Origin: an uncultured Chloroflexia bacterium
GTDB lineage: Bacteria; Chloroflexota; Limnocylindria; QHBO01
DNA length: 64,000 nt
Reading direction: 5' to 3'
NCBI GenBank assembly: GCA_963814375.1
Contig: CAWFCQ010000004.1
Coordinates: 288,001-352,000, forward strand
Shown here: piece by piece, positions 8,815 to 18,536 of the stretch
How positions within the stretch are numbered: position 1 is the stretch's first letter
How the letters are laid out: every line of letters begins with the position of its first letter
Made by a program: the position numbers and the translations under genes
The notes under the pieces: generated by a model
Databases searched by the model: none
Seen by the model: the letters and a program-made list of their open reading frames with translations, nothing else
Told to the model about the DNA's origin: nothing

Positions 8815-11175
8815 GTGGCTGACTCCGTGAAGCGCGACGTCCTGCCGATCCCCGATCAGCAGTACGTCGGCGTGACAACGTACGAGGCGAAGGACCCTGA
8901 TACGGTCTTTCCGCCGATTACACCGCTCCGCCCACCCGAGGGGGCACCGAACGTCCTCATCGTCCTCATCGACGATGTCGGCTTCGCCGCATCGAGCGCG
9001 TTCGGTGGGCCATGCAGCACGCCGAACTTCGAGCGTCTGGCGGCTGACGGGCTGAAGTACACCCGCTTCCATACGACGGCGCTTTGCTCTCCGACGAGGG
9101 CGGCGCTCCTGTCGGGACGCAACCACCATTCCGTCGGCATGGGCGGCATCACCGAGATCGCCACGTCAGCCCCGGGCTACAGCTCGGTGCGGCCGAAGAA
9201 CAAGGCGCCGCTGGCCGAGACTCTCAAGCTCAACGGCTACTCGACCGCGCAGTTCGGGAAGTGCCACGAGGTGCCGGTGTGGGAGACGAGCCCGATGGGC
9301 CCGTTCGACGCATGGCCCACCGGCAGCGGCTTCGAGCATTTCTACGGCTTCATCGGCGGCGAGACGAACCAATACGCCCCCGCCATCTATAACGACACCG
9401 TGCCGATCGAGCCGGATATCGCGCCCGGCGAGGACTACCACTTCACCGAGGACATGACCGATCGGACGATCGAGTGGATCCGGCAGCAGAAGGCGCTCAT
9501 GCGTGACAAGCCCTTCTTCGTGTACTTCGCGCCGGGAGCCACGCACGCGCCGCACCACGTTCGACCGGAGTGGTCCGACAAGTACAAGGGCAAGTTCGAC
9601 GACGGCTGGGATGCCGATCGCGAGCGCACCTTTGCGCGCCAGAAGGAGCTGGGTGTCATTCCCGCCGACTCCGAGCTCACTGCCCGCCCGGCGGAAATCC
9701 CCGCCTGGGATGAGATTCCTGACGATCTCAAGCCGGTCCTCGCCCGTCAGATGGAGGTCTATGCGGGCTTCCTCGAGCACACCGACCACCACGTCGGGAG
9801 GCTGTTCGATGCGCTGAAGGATCTTGGGATTCTCGACGACACCCTCGTGTACCTGATCATTGGCGACAACGGTGCGTCGGCCGAAGGGACGCCGCGCGGC
9901 ACGTTCAACGAGCTTCTCGTGCTGAACGGAGCCAACCATCTCGAGACCACCGAGTTCATGGCCGCGCGGATCGACAAGTTCGGGACGCCGGAGGCCTACA
10001 ACCACTTCGCGGTCGGCTGGGCACACGCCATGGACACGCCGTACCAGTGGACGAAGCAGGTCGGCTCACATTGGGGCGGGACGCGGAACGGGACGGTCAT
10101 TCACTGGCCGAACGGCATCAAGGCGAAGGGCGAGATGCGCAGCCAGTTCCATCACATCATCGACGTCGCACCAACGGTCCTCGAGGCCGCAGGGCTGCCC
10201 GCACCCCTCTTCGTCCACGGCATCCAGCAGGCGCCCCTCGAGGGCGTGTCGATGGCCTACACCTTCGATGACGAGGGCGCCGAGGATCGGCACACCACGC
10301 AGTACTTCGAGATGTTCGTCAACCGCGGCATCTATCACCGGGGCTGGACGGCGGTGACCCGACACTCGGTCCCGTGGGACCCGACGACGGGCAGGCAGCC
10401 GATCGACGATGACGTCTGGGAGCTGTACGGCCCTGACGACTGGACCCAGGCACACAATCTCGCGGATGAAGAGCCTGAGCAGCTGGCGCGCCTACAACGC
10501 CTCTTCCTCATCGAGGCCGGAAAGTACAACGTCCTGCCACTCGACGACCGACGCGTCGAGCGCTTCAATGCCGATATCGCCGGCCGGCCCCAGCTGATCC
10601 AGGGCAACACCCAGATCCTGTTCGGGGGAATGGGCCGCCTGTCCGAGAACTCGCTCATCGTTCTGAAGAACAAGTCACATGCCGTCACCGCAGAGGTCGT
10701 CGTGCCGGATGGCGCGACCAGCGGGACGATTGTGGCCCAGGGCGGGGCGTTCGGCGGGTGGAGCCTCTATTTGACGGACGGGAAGCCCGCCTACTGCTAC
10801 AACCTGTTCGGCCTCCAACAGTTCAAGGTCTATGGGACCGACCCTGTCCCGGCCGGTGAGCACCAGGTCCGTGTTGAGTTCACCTACGACGGCGGCGGGC
10901 TCGGAAAGGGCGGCACGGCAGCCTTGTTCGTCGACGGCGCCAAGGTCGGGGAGGGGCGCGTCGACGCCACGGTTCCGATGGCCTTTTCGGCCGACGAGAC
11001 CGCGGACGTGGGCAACGACACGGCGACGCCGGTGACTGATGACCTCGAGGAGGGCAAGGCGCAGTTCGGCGGCCGGGTCAAGTGGGTCCAGCTCGACCTT
11101 GGTGAAGACGCCGAGGATGCCGACCACCTGATCTCGGACGAGGAACGCTATCGGATTGCGATGGCGCGCCAATAG
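8815..11175 (+). CDS. Arylsulfatase (Cys-type, formylglycine-dependent)
   Basis: PNVLIVLIDDVG, CSPTRAALLSGR (CxPxR), GKCH, GDNG, C-terminal beta domain; AGGAG RBS before GTG 8815. Confidence 0.93.
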   Translation: MADSVKRDVLPIPDQQYVGVTTYEAKDPDTVFPPITPLRPPEGAPNVLIVLIDDVGFAASSAFGGPCSTPNFERLAADGLKYTRFHTTALCSPTRAALLSGRNHHSVGMGGITEIATSAPGYSSVRPKNKAPLAETLKLNGYSTAQFGKCHEVPVWETSPMGPFDAWPTGSGFEHFYGFIGGETNQYAPAIYNDTVPIEPDIAPGEDYHFTEDMTDRTIEWIRQQKALMRDKPFFVYFAPGATHAPHHVRPEWSDKYKGKFDDGWDADRERTFARQKELGVIPADSELTARPAEIPAWDEIPDDLKPVLARQMEVYAGFLEHTDHHVGRLFDALKDLGILDDTLVYLIIGDNGASAEGTPRGTFNELLVLNGANHLETTEFMAARIDKFGTPEAYNHFAVGWAHAMDTPYQWTKQVGSHWGGTRNGTVIHWPNGIKAKGEMRSQFHHIIDVAPTVLEAAGLPAPLFVHGIQQAPLEGVSMAYTFDDEGAEDRHTTQYFEMFVNRGIYHRGWTAVTRHSVPWDPTTGRQPIDDDVWELYGPDDWTQAHNLADEEPEQLARLQRLFLIEAGKYNVLPLDDRRVERFNADIAGRPQLIQGNTQILFGGMGRLSENSLIVLKNKSHAVTAEVVVPDGATSGTIVAQGGAFGGWSLYLTDGKPAYCYNLFGLQQFKVYGTDPVPAGEHQVRVEFTYDGGGLGKGGTAALFVDGAKVGEGRVDATVPMAFSADETADVGNDTATPVTDDLEEGKAQFGGRVKWVQLDLGEDAEDADHLISDEERYRIAMARQ

Positions 11176-11190
11176 AGGGAGGGCCGTCCC

Positions 11191-11343
11191 GTGGACGAGT
11201 TCCTGTCGACGCTCCAGAGCCTCTTCACGTTCGCATTCGTCGTCAGCAGCATGCTGGCCATGGGGCTGCCGCTCGCCGCCGAGTTCGGCAAGCGAGCCCC
11301 CGCGGGCGCGCGCGCGGCGGACCAGCATCCGGCCGAGCCCTGA
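11191..11343 (+). pseudogene. Internally deleted bile acid:Na+ symporter (BASS)-like remnant, 50 aa
   Basis: MDEFLSTLQSLFTFAFVVSSMLAMGL joined directly to PLAAEFGKR...; strong GAGGGAGG RBS; resembles first helix plus extreme C-terminus of BASS proteins. Confidence 0.55.
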
Positions 11344-11360
11344 TCGGGTAGCGCCCGAGC

Positions 11361-12605
11361 ATGGATGCGATCGACCTCACCATCTTCGCTGCGCTCGCGA
11401 TGGTCTACGCCGTCGGCTCCGGCATGTTGGGGCGCACGATCCTCACACCCGCCATCTTCTTCCTTACCGCCGGGATCCTCTTCGGCGATGCCGTGCTTGG
11501 ATGGCTCATCCTCGATGCCGACGGACCGACGCTCCGCCTCATCGCCGAGACGACCCTCGCGCTCGTCCTCTTCGCCGATGCATCGAAGATCAACGTCAAG
11601 CTCCTCACGCGAGAGATCGCCATCCCGGCTCGCCTGCTCGGCATCGGGTTGCCGCTGACGATTGCCGCCGGTGTTGCCGCGGCGCTCGTCGTGGTCCCGG
11701 GCCTGACCGTCGTCGAGGCCACGCTGCTGGCCATCGCCATCGCCCCAACCGATGCCGCCCTTGGCCAGGCCGTCGTCTCCGACGAGCGGGTCCCGTCGCG
11801 CGTTCGCCAAGGGCTCAACGTCGAGAGCGGGCTCAACGACGGGCTCTGCGTGCCGCTGCTGCTCATCGTCCTGGCCTTCGCATCGGCGGAGGGTGGAGGC
11901 GAGACGGAGCCGGTCCGGCTGGTGCTGGAGGAGATCGGCTTTGGCGTCGTGGGCGGCCTGGCGGCGGCCAGCATCGGCGTGGCTGCGCTTCGATTCGGCA
12001 CCGCGCGTGGCTGGGTTGCGTCGGCGTGGGCCCCGCTGGTGCCGCTTGCGATCACGGGCATGGCGTACGGGCTCGCGACCACGCTGCACGGCAGTGGCCT
12101 GATCGCCGCCTTCGCTGCCGGATTGACCTTCGGAGTGCTGGGGACGGCCCGCGAGCTTGAGACATCAGAGATGGTGGAGACCGTCGCGGACGGATTCAGC
12201 GCGGCAACGTTCCTCGTCTTCGGTGCGGCCATCGTCCCGGCAGTGATGTTCGGCTTCACGTGGGCGACTCTGATCTTCGCCGTTGTCGCACTTACCCTGG
12301 CACGCATGATCCCGGTGGCGATCTCCCTCATCGGGCTGCATGCGCGGCTGCCGACGGTGACATTCATCGGCTGGTTCGGCCCGCGAGGTCTCGCCTCGAT
12401 CGTGTTCGCCGTGCTCATCCTCCAGGCAGAGCCGATTCCGAGTCTCGAGCTGCTGCTTGCGACGATCAGCCTGACGATCGTCGTGTCGGTCTACGCGCAC
12501 GGGATTACCGCGAGACCGTTGACCCAGCGCTATACGGCCTGGCTCCACGCCAACCCACGCGGCGACCAGCTTGCGGCGATGGCCGATCCGCGACCCCCGA
12601 CGTAG
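11361..12605 (+). CDS. Cation:proton antiporter (NhaP/CPA1 family)
   Basis: APTDAALG, LNVESGLNDG and GWFGPRGLASIVF motifs. Confidence 0.9.
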   Translation: MDAIDLTIFAALAMVYAVGSGMLGRTILTPAIFFLTAGILFGDAVLGWLILDADGPTLRLIAETTLALVLFADASKINVKLLTREIAIPARLLGIGLPLTIAAGVAAALVVVPGLTVVEATLLAIAIAPTDAALGQAVVSDERVPSRVRQGLNVESGLNDGLCVPLLLIVLAFASAEGGGETEPVRLVLEEIGFGVVGGLAAASIGVAALRFGTARGWVASAWAPLVPLAITGMAYGLATTLHGSGLIAAFAAGLTFGVLGTARELETSEMVETVADGFSAATFLVFGAAIVPAVMFGFTWATLIFAVVALTLARMIPVAISLIGLHARLPTVTFIGWFGPRGLASIVFAVLILQAEPIPSLELLLATISLTIVVSVYAHGITARPLTQRYTAWLHANPRGDQLAAMADPRPPT

Positions 12606-12743
12606 GAGCGCGACACGAGCGTTCGTCGAATGCCATGGTACGGTGCAGTACACAACTCGGCCTACGCATCGTCTCTGACAGGACGGAAGTCAAATGGCGC
12701 TAGACCCAAGCCCGTATCTCATCGAGAAGGCGACCTCTGGCCG

Positions 12744-14060
12744 ATGATTGAGCTTTCCCCTCGGTCGGGCGCGACGGACGATGTCGAGCTCCTCCGCGGA
12801 GCCGCCGCCGGCGACTGGGAATGCATCGCTGGCCTGTACGACCGCCATCGCGAGAGGGCACTCGCCGTCGCCATCAGCGTGCTGGCCGACCCGTCCGAGG
12901 CGGAGGACGTGGTGCATGACGCCTTCGTCGACCTGCCGCGCATGGCACGCAGCTACGATCCTCGCCGCGGCCGATTCCCGCAGTGGCTCAACCGGAGCGT
13001 CCGCAATCGCGCCATCGACCACGTCCGCCGCCGTGCGCGCGTGGCGAGCCGCACGGCGCCGTCGGTCAAAGGCCCCGAGGAACTTCTCGCGCTGACCGCC
13101 GCGCGCAGTGCATCGCCCCTCGACGAGGCCGAGGCACAGGAGTTTCTCGACCTGGTCGCCCGGTTGGATGGTCGATACGCTCATCTCATCCGGCTCGCGT
13201 TCGTCGATGGCTGGAGCCACTCGGCAATCGCCCGCCTCACCGGGCTCCCGCTTGGCACGGTGAAGACTCGCATTCGGAACAGCCTCCGCCAGCTGCGTTT
13301 GCTCATGGACGAGGCCGCCGTGGCGGGGGTCGCCGGGCCGCACGAGCCAGGCCTGGGCGTTGAGACCGTGATCGCAGTGCACACGCGCGATCGACGGCTG
13401 GCGGCGGCGGTGCGTGCGCACGCCTCGGGCCTCGCGCGAGTTGAGGTCATCGGCAGGCTCCCCAGGGCGCGCAGTACCGCGGCCAGCTGGCGCTGTCCTC
13501 GATCTCAGGTCGGCACCGGCAGTAATCGGGAGATTGCCTTGACCGAATCGAGGACGCCGGGTGGGGGACCTTACCCCTCCTCCTGCTGGCGGGACGTCGC
13601 GACCGCGACATCGTTCCTCGGCGCGCCGGACTGACGCTGGCCATCAATGCCGGCGATCCGCCTCATCTTGACCTTGAGTCGGCGATCACGGCACTGCTCA
13701 GCGCGGCATTCGAACCCGCGGGTGCGCGGGATCGCCACCGATCAGCTGTACTGCGGAGCGTCACCGCGGCGGTTGTCGTCGGGGATCGGCTCGGCCGAAT
13801 CCGTGGCGCAACAGCGGCTGCGGCGCTGCTGTTCGGCAGGACGCCGCGTCAGCTCGGTCGGCTCGTTCGTCACCGATCTCAGCGCGACGCCGACCGCCCG
13901 GACGGAGCGCCAGTGGCAGCACCTTGCGACCACCGGCTGGTGGGCCGGCAGGTCGCTGGCCCGACGACCAGCCGGGTCACCGCTTCCGATCTGGGGCAGA
14001 GCCTGGATGTCACCCGGTGGCGGCTTCGTGGGCACGTACGCGCCCGATCCGCCGTCGTGA
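12744..14060 (+). CDS. ECF (SigK-like) RNA polymerase sigma factor with long C-terminal extension (receiver-like plus PAS), with three apparent +1 frameshifts
   Basis: Region 2 AEDVVHDAF...YDPRRG...RNRAIDHVRR; region 4 IARLTGLPLGTVKTRIR; extension rebuilt across frames (see findings). Sigma core is secure, the extension is less so. Confidence 0.7.
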
Positions 14061-14087
14061 CCGCCAAACCGATGCAAGGAGACGACC

Positions 14088-14372
14088 ATGTGCCTGTTCC
14101 TGAGCATGCTGTTCCTCGGCCCGCGTGCCGCCATCTTCCTGTGGTGGCTGATTGAGCCGGGCAGGTGGGCGATCGTGTTCAACAACTCGTTCATCGTGCC
14201 GTTCCTGGGCTTCCTCTTCGTGCCGTGGTCGACGCTGATGTACGTCGTGGTTGGGCCGGGCGGCATCGTCGGGTGGGACTGGCTGTGGATGGGCCTTGCG
14301 CTGAGCGCGGACGTCGCCTCGTATGCGGGCGGTGCGGTTGGTGGTCGAGGCAAGGTTCCCGGATACTCCTGA
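14088..14372 (+). CDS. Small membrane protein (hypothetical)
   Basis: 94 aa hydrophobic ORF (LGPRAAIFLWWL...LGFLFVPWSTLMY); AAGGAG RBS. Confidence 0.75.
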   Translation: MCLFLSMLFLGPRAAIFLWWLIEPGRWAIVFNNSFIVPFLGFLFVPWSTLMYVVVGPGGIVGWDWLWMGLALSADVASYAGGAVGGRGKVPGYS

Positions 14373-14430
14373 TCCAGGCACTTGGTTCAGCCAGCAGGCA
14401 AGCCCTCGCGACCGGACGCCGACCACGATT

Positions 14431-14439
14431 TGCTAGAAT
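14431..14439 (+). promoter_or_regulatory. Extended -10 promoter (TG-N-TAGAAT) for yebC
   Basis: tgctagaat ~58 nt upstream of ATG 14497. Confidence 0.5.
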
Positions 14440-14496
14440 CGGCGCTCCCGATCTGAGCACCATTTCGCCCGCGCGTGCGCGTGGCCAGGAGGACCG

Positions 14497-15255
14497 ATGT
14501 CAGGCCACAGCAAGTGGTCCACCATCAAGCGCCAGAAGGGGGCCAACGACGCCAAGCGCGGGGCCCTCTTCACCAAGCTTGCGCGCGAGATCATCACCGC
14601 CGCGCGGCAGGGTGGTGGTGACCTCGATGCCAACTATCGGTTGCGGATGGCGGTCGACAAGGCGCGCGCCAACTCGATGCCGGCCGACAACATCAAGCGG
14701 GCCATCGAGCGTGCCACTGGCGCCGGTGCGGAGGCGGAGCAGTACGAGGAGATCACGTACGAGGGCATCGGCCCGGCTAGCGTCGCGGTCATCGTGGCGG
14801 CCATGACCGACAACCGGAACAGGACCGCGTCCGAGGTGCGTAGCATCTTCAACCGCCACGGCGGGACTCTCTCGACCGTGGCCTGGCAGTTCGAGCAGAA
14901 GGGCGTGATCAGCCTTCCCATCAACGGCGCCGATCCCGACGAGCTGACGCTGGCCGCCATCGATGCCGGAGCCGCTGACGTCGAGGCGGCCGATGCCGGC
15001 TCGATCATCGTCACCACCGATCCCGGCAACCTCGAGGCCGTGCGCCTCGCACTTGCGGATGCCGGCTACGAGGCGGAGAGCGCCGAGCTCTCGCTCGAGC
15101 CGACGACGACCGTCGAGATCAGTGACGAGTCGACCGCTCGGCAGGTTCTCCAGTTCGTCGAGCTCCTCGAGGATCTGGACGATGTCCAGAACGTCTACGC
15201 CAACTTCGACATCCCGAGCGAGCTCATGGAGCGCCTCGAAGCCTCAGTCGCATGA
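14497..15255 (+). CDS. yebC: YebC/PmpR family protein
   Basis: MSGHSKWSTIKRQKG, YEG.GP, TDNRNRT, DDVQNVYANF. Confidence 0.95.
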   Translation: MSGHSKWSTIKRQKGANDAKRGALFTKLAREIITAARQGGGDLDANYRLRMAVDKARANSMPADNIKRAIERATGAGAEAEQYEEITYEGIGPASVAVIVAAMTDNRNRTASEVRSIFNRHGGTLSTVAWQFEQKGVISLPINGADPDELTLAAIDAGAADVEAADAGSIIVTTDPGNLEAVRLALADAGYEAESAELSLEPTTTVEISDESTARQVLQFVELLEDLDDVQNVYANFDIPSELMERLEASVA

Positions 15256-15287
15256 GCGTGGCGCTCGCACCGGACGGGGCGTAGGAG

Positions 15288-16946
15288 ATGGCAAAGGACT
15301 CGGCGACCGCCTCCTCCGCCGCCGCGCGTGGACCGAGTGAGGCTGGAGGGCCACCAAACGGGGGCCTGATCCTCTGGTCGCTGATCATCGTCGCGGCCGT
15401 CGCCAACCTGAATCTTTCGGTGGCCAACGTCGCGTTGCCATCGATCGGCGCCGCGTTCGATGCCTCGCAGACCTCACTGGACCTTGTGGCGGTCGGCTAC
15501 TCGCTGGGCCTGGCCGCATCGGTTCTGTGGCTCGGGGCCATCGGCGATCGCTACGGCCGCAAGCTGCTGCTCCTGCTCGGGGTTGGGCTCTCGATTCCCG
15601 CGTGCCTGTTGGCCGCGTTCGCGCCGAGCATCGAGGTGCTCATCGGGGCGCGCATCGCCGGGGGCATCTCGGCAGGCATGGCCTACCCGACCACTCTGGC
15701 GCTGATCACGGCGCTCTGGGCGCCGGGGCCGGGAAGGACCCATTCGATTGCGCTGTGGTCGGCCCTCGGGGGCGCGATCGCCGCGCTCGGCCCTCTCGTC
15801 TCGGGCTTTCTGCTGGAAGGGTTCGAGTGGGGATCGGTCTTCCTGGTCACGCTGCCGCTTGCTGCCATTGCCCTCTTCATGGCGTGGCGGTTCGTACCTG
15901 CCCACGTCAACGAGACGACCGACCCGGTCGACAATCTCGGCGGCATCCTCTCCGCGGTGCTGGTCGGGACGCTCATCCTGGCGATCAACTTCGCGCCCGT
16001 CCCCAACATGACGGCGCTCGTGATGGGGCTGGCGGTCATCTGTCTTGCCGCGGCAGTCGCGTTCGTCATTCGTCAGCGACGCACAAAGGATCCGCTGTAC
16101 GACCTCGACATCGCGGCTCGGCCGACGTTCTGGGTCGCCGCGGTGGCCGGAATCATCGTCTTCGGATCGCTGATGGGCGCAATGTTCATCGGCCAGCAAT
16201 ACCTTCAGAACGTGCTCGAGTACTCGACCCTCGAGGCTGGCACCGGGATCATTCCGGCGGCCATCGCGATGGTCCTGGTCGCGCCTCGGTCGGCCGTGAT
16301 CGTCGAGGCGCGGGGCGCACGCTTCACCCTTCTCTTCGGATACGTCTTCGTCCTCGGTGGGTTCCTGACGATGTTGCTGCTGTGGGGCGAGGGCACCAGC
16401 TACCTCGTCGTCGCGTTGGGCTACGTCCTCGTCGGGATCGGCGTGGGGCTCGCTGGCACGCCTGCCTCGCGATCACTGACCGGCTCGGTGCCCGTCACGC
16501 GCGCCGGGATGGCGTCGGGCACTGCCGACCTCCAGCGCGACCTGGGCGGCGCGATCATGCAGTCGATCTTCGGTGCGCTCCTGACGGCCGGATATGCGGC
16601 CGCCTTCGCCGCGGCGATCACCGCGGCGCCGTCGAACCCCGACCTCACGACAAGCGTGCAGAACCAGCTGACGATGTCGTTCGCGGGAGCCGTGGAGGTG
16701 GCGAAGCAGTACCCGCAGTACAGCGAACAGATCATCGCGGCGGCTCAGGAGTCCTTCCTTGCCGGCGACCAGTGGGCCTACCTGGCCGGCATCGTCGCCG
16801 TCCTCCTTGGCGCAACCCTTGTCTTCTTCAAGTTCCCGCGCCACGACGAGGAACGTCGGCTGCTTGAGGAATATCGCGACCAGGACGCCGCTGCGCCGCC
16901 TTCCCCCGCGGAGGTGACGCCAGCTCCGGCGGGATCCACCGCATGA
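15288..16946 (+). CDS. MFS transporter (DHA2, 14-TM type)
   Basis: NLSVANVALPSI, GAIGDRYGRK, about 14 hydrophobic segments. Confidence 0.88.
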   Translation: MAKDSATASSAAARGPSEAGGPPNGGLILWSLIIVAAVANLNLSVANVALPSIGAAFDASQTSLDLVAVGYSLGLAASVLWLGAIGDRYGRKLLLLLGVGLSIPACLLAAFAPSIEVLIGARIAGGISAGMAYPTTLALITALWAPGPGRTHSIALWSALGGAIAALGPLVSGFLLEGFEWGSVFLVTLPLAAIALFMAWRFVPAHVNETTDPVDNLGGILSAVLVGTLILAINFAPVPNMTALVMGLAVICLAAAVAFVIRQRRTKDPLYDLDIAARPTFWVAAVAGIIVFGSLMGAMFIGQQYLQNVLEYSTLEAGTGIIPAAIAMVLVAPRSAVIVEARGARFTLLFGYVFVLGGFLTMLLLWGEGTSYLVVALGYVLVGIGVGLAGTPASRSLTGSVPVTRAGMASGTADLQRDLGGAIMQSIFGALLTAGYAAAFAAAITAAPSNPDLTTSVQNQLTMSFAGAVEVAKQYPQYSEQIIAAAQESFLAGDQWAYLAGIVAVLLGATLVFFKFPRHDEERRLLEEYRDQDAAAPPSPAEVTPAPAGSTA

Positions 16947-17017
16947 GACGGCACAGATTCGACGGATGGCTACCTTCGTCGCAGGAGGCAGCGCTAGCCG
17001 GAGCTCGAGGCCTTCTG

Positions 17018-18151
17018 TCAGCCTCCGGTGGCGGTGCGACGACGCCGTGAAGGGGCGGGCGACCTCGACGCCGCGGACGGACCAGTCGCGGCGCCGAGGT
17101 ACCCGCTGAGCAACGCACCGACGTCCGGCACGGTCTCGTGCCGGAGCCGATAGCGCTTCGAGCCGACGCCGACCGAGATGAGGCCGGCGGAACGCAGCAC
17201 GATCATGTGGTGGTGCATGGAGGTCTTGGCGACGCCGAACATGTCGGCCAGCTCCATCAACGTCTTCTCCCCATCGGCCAGTGCGCGAAGGATGCGCAGG
17301 CGCTTCTCGTCGCCGAGCGCCTTCGAGAGGCGCACGAGTCGTAGAGGGGGAGCGTCTGACTCGGCGCTGACGTTCTCGTCGGCGACCGGGTAGACGATGA
17401 GCAGCGTCTCGCCGAATTCGTTGTAGGTGACCAGCGGGCGATTCACGAAGCTCGGGATCAGGACCACCCGGTCAACGCCGGGCCGCGGCGCGAACTCGAC
17501 CCCGTTCGTGGCGGTGGTGATGAACTGATCGATCGGAAGCTCGCGCTGCAGCGCGCGCTTTGCCTCGGCGTCCCGTTCGACGATCGGCATGATCGTCAGC
17601 GACTCGGGCTTCCAGACGCGCTCGGCCCACTGCTCGATGCATCCGACCAGCTCGGCCTTGAGGTCTTCGCCATCCCGATCGAGGACGTGCGAGAGATAGG
17701 TAGTCCACTGCTCCCACTCCGGATAGGAGGTGCGCAGGAACTCGCGCCGCGCGTCCGGATCGCCACCGACCGCGGCACGGATGACCGTCGGCGGGGTCAT
17801 GCGGCGCATCTCACGGGCATAGAACTGGACGAGGTGGAGCCGGATCTCGTCCGCATCGGTCTGGCGCAGGTGGTCGAGGAATCCGGGGACGTCGCGCGGA
17901 GCCGGGGTGTCGTAGACGAGAGAGGCGAGGTGAACGAAGGTGTCGTTCTCGCCCATCATCACGGCGTCGATGCGCCGGATCAGGTCCTCGCCGGCGCGGG
18001 CACGCGCCTCCGCGATCCAGGGCTCGCCGATCTCGTACGTCTCGGAGTCCTGCTCACCGAATACGACGGCCATCGACTGCAGCAGCTCGTAGGCGGGGGA
18101 GACCTCGATGCTGAGGATGGGCGGGGTGTCGGGGCGACGCGTTGGGGCCAT
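17018..18151 (-). CDS. ArsR/SmtB family regulator with long N-terminal domain (DUF5937-like)
   Basis: C-terminal KALGDEKRLRILRALADGEKTLMELADMFGVAKTSMHHHMIVLRSAGL; RVVLIPSF motif. Confidence 0.85.
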   Translation of the reverse strand: MAPTRRPDTPPILSIEVSPAYELLQSMAVVFGEQDSETYEIGEPWIAEARARAGEDLIRRIDAVMMGENDTFVHLASLVYDTPAPRDVPGFLDHLRQTDADEIRLHLVQFYAREMRRMTPPTVIRAAVGGDPDARREFLRTSYPEWEQWTTYLSHVLDRDGEDLKAELVGCIEQWAERVWKPESLTIMPIVERDAEAKRALQRELPIDQFITTATNGVEFAPRPGVDRVVLIPSFVNRPLVTYNEFGETLLIVYPVADENVSAESDAPPLRLVRLSKALGDEKRLRILRALADGEKTLMELADMFGVAKTSMHHHMIVLRSAGLISVGVGSKRYRLRHETVPDVGALLSGYLGAATGPSAASRSPAPSRRRRTATGG

Positions 18152-18178
18152 GCGATCGGACCTCCGAGGAGCGAGAGA

Positions 18179-18385
18179 TCAGGCGGCGCGTGGATGTGCC
18201 GAAGGGCGAGCGGGCTCGACCCGCTCGCCACTCAGCGTGCTTCCGGCCACGATCAGCGCGCGGCCGACGCGAACGCGGAGCCCGCCACGGGCCGGGGCCT
18301 GTGACTGGTGCAACGTCTCGCGCAGTTGTTCCTGGCGTTCCCGGATGAGGTGGTCCAGGACGCCGGGATTGGGAAGAATCATCAT
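18179..18385 (-). CDS. Small hypothetical protein (68 aa) leading the ArsR operon
   Basis: MMILPNPGVLDHLIRERQEQLR...RVRVGRALIVAG; GGAGG RBS 9 nt upstream. Confidence 0.6.
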   Translation of the reverse strand: MMILPNPGVLDHLIRERQEQLRETLHQSQAPARGGLRVRVGRALIVAGSTLSGERVEPARPSAHPRAA

Positions 18386-18426
18386 TTCATTCTGCCTCCG
18401 TCCCTTCGTCCGACCAAGTGTTCTGT

Positions 18427-18505
18427 GTTCGACTCTTATCGAACGAAACGTATCGTACGGGATGATTCGAACGCTGTCAAGCCGTTCGTACGAGATAGTT
18501 CGGAT
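18427..18505. promoter_or_regulatory. Three GTWCGR-N6-TCGRAY inverted-repeat operators overlapping a sigma70 promoter
   Basis: GTTCGA-N6-TCGAAC 18427-18444; GTACGG-N6-TCGAAC 18455-18472; GTACGA-N6-TCGGAT 18488-18505; minus-strand TTGACA(18480-75)-N17-TACGAT(18457-52). Confidence 0.65.
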
Positions 18506-18536
18506 TGCCACGATCGGCCGCGGCTACCATGCTCGC

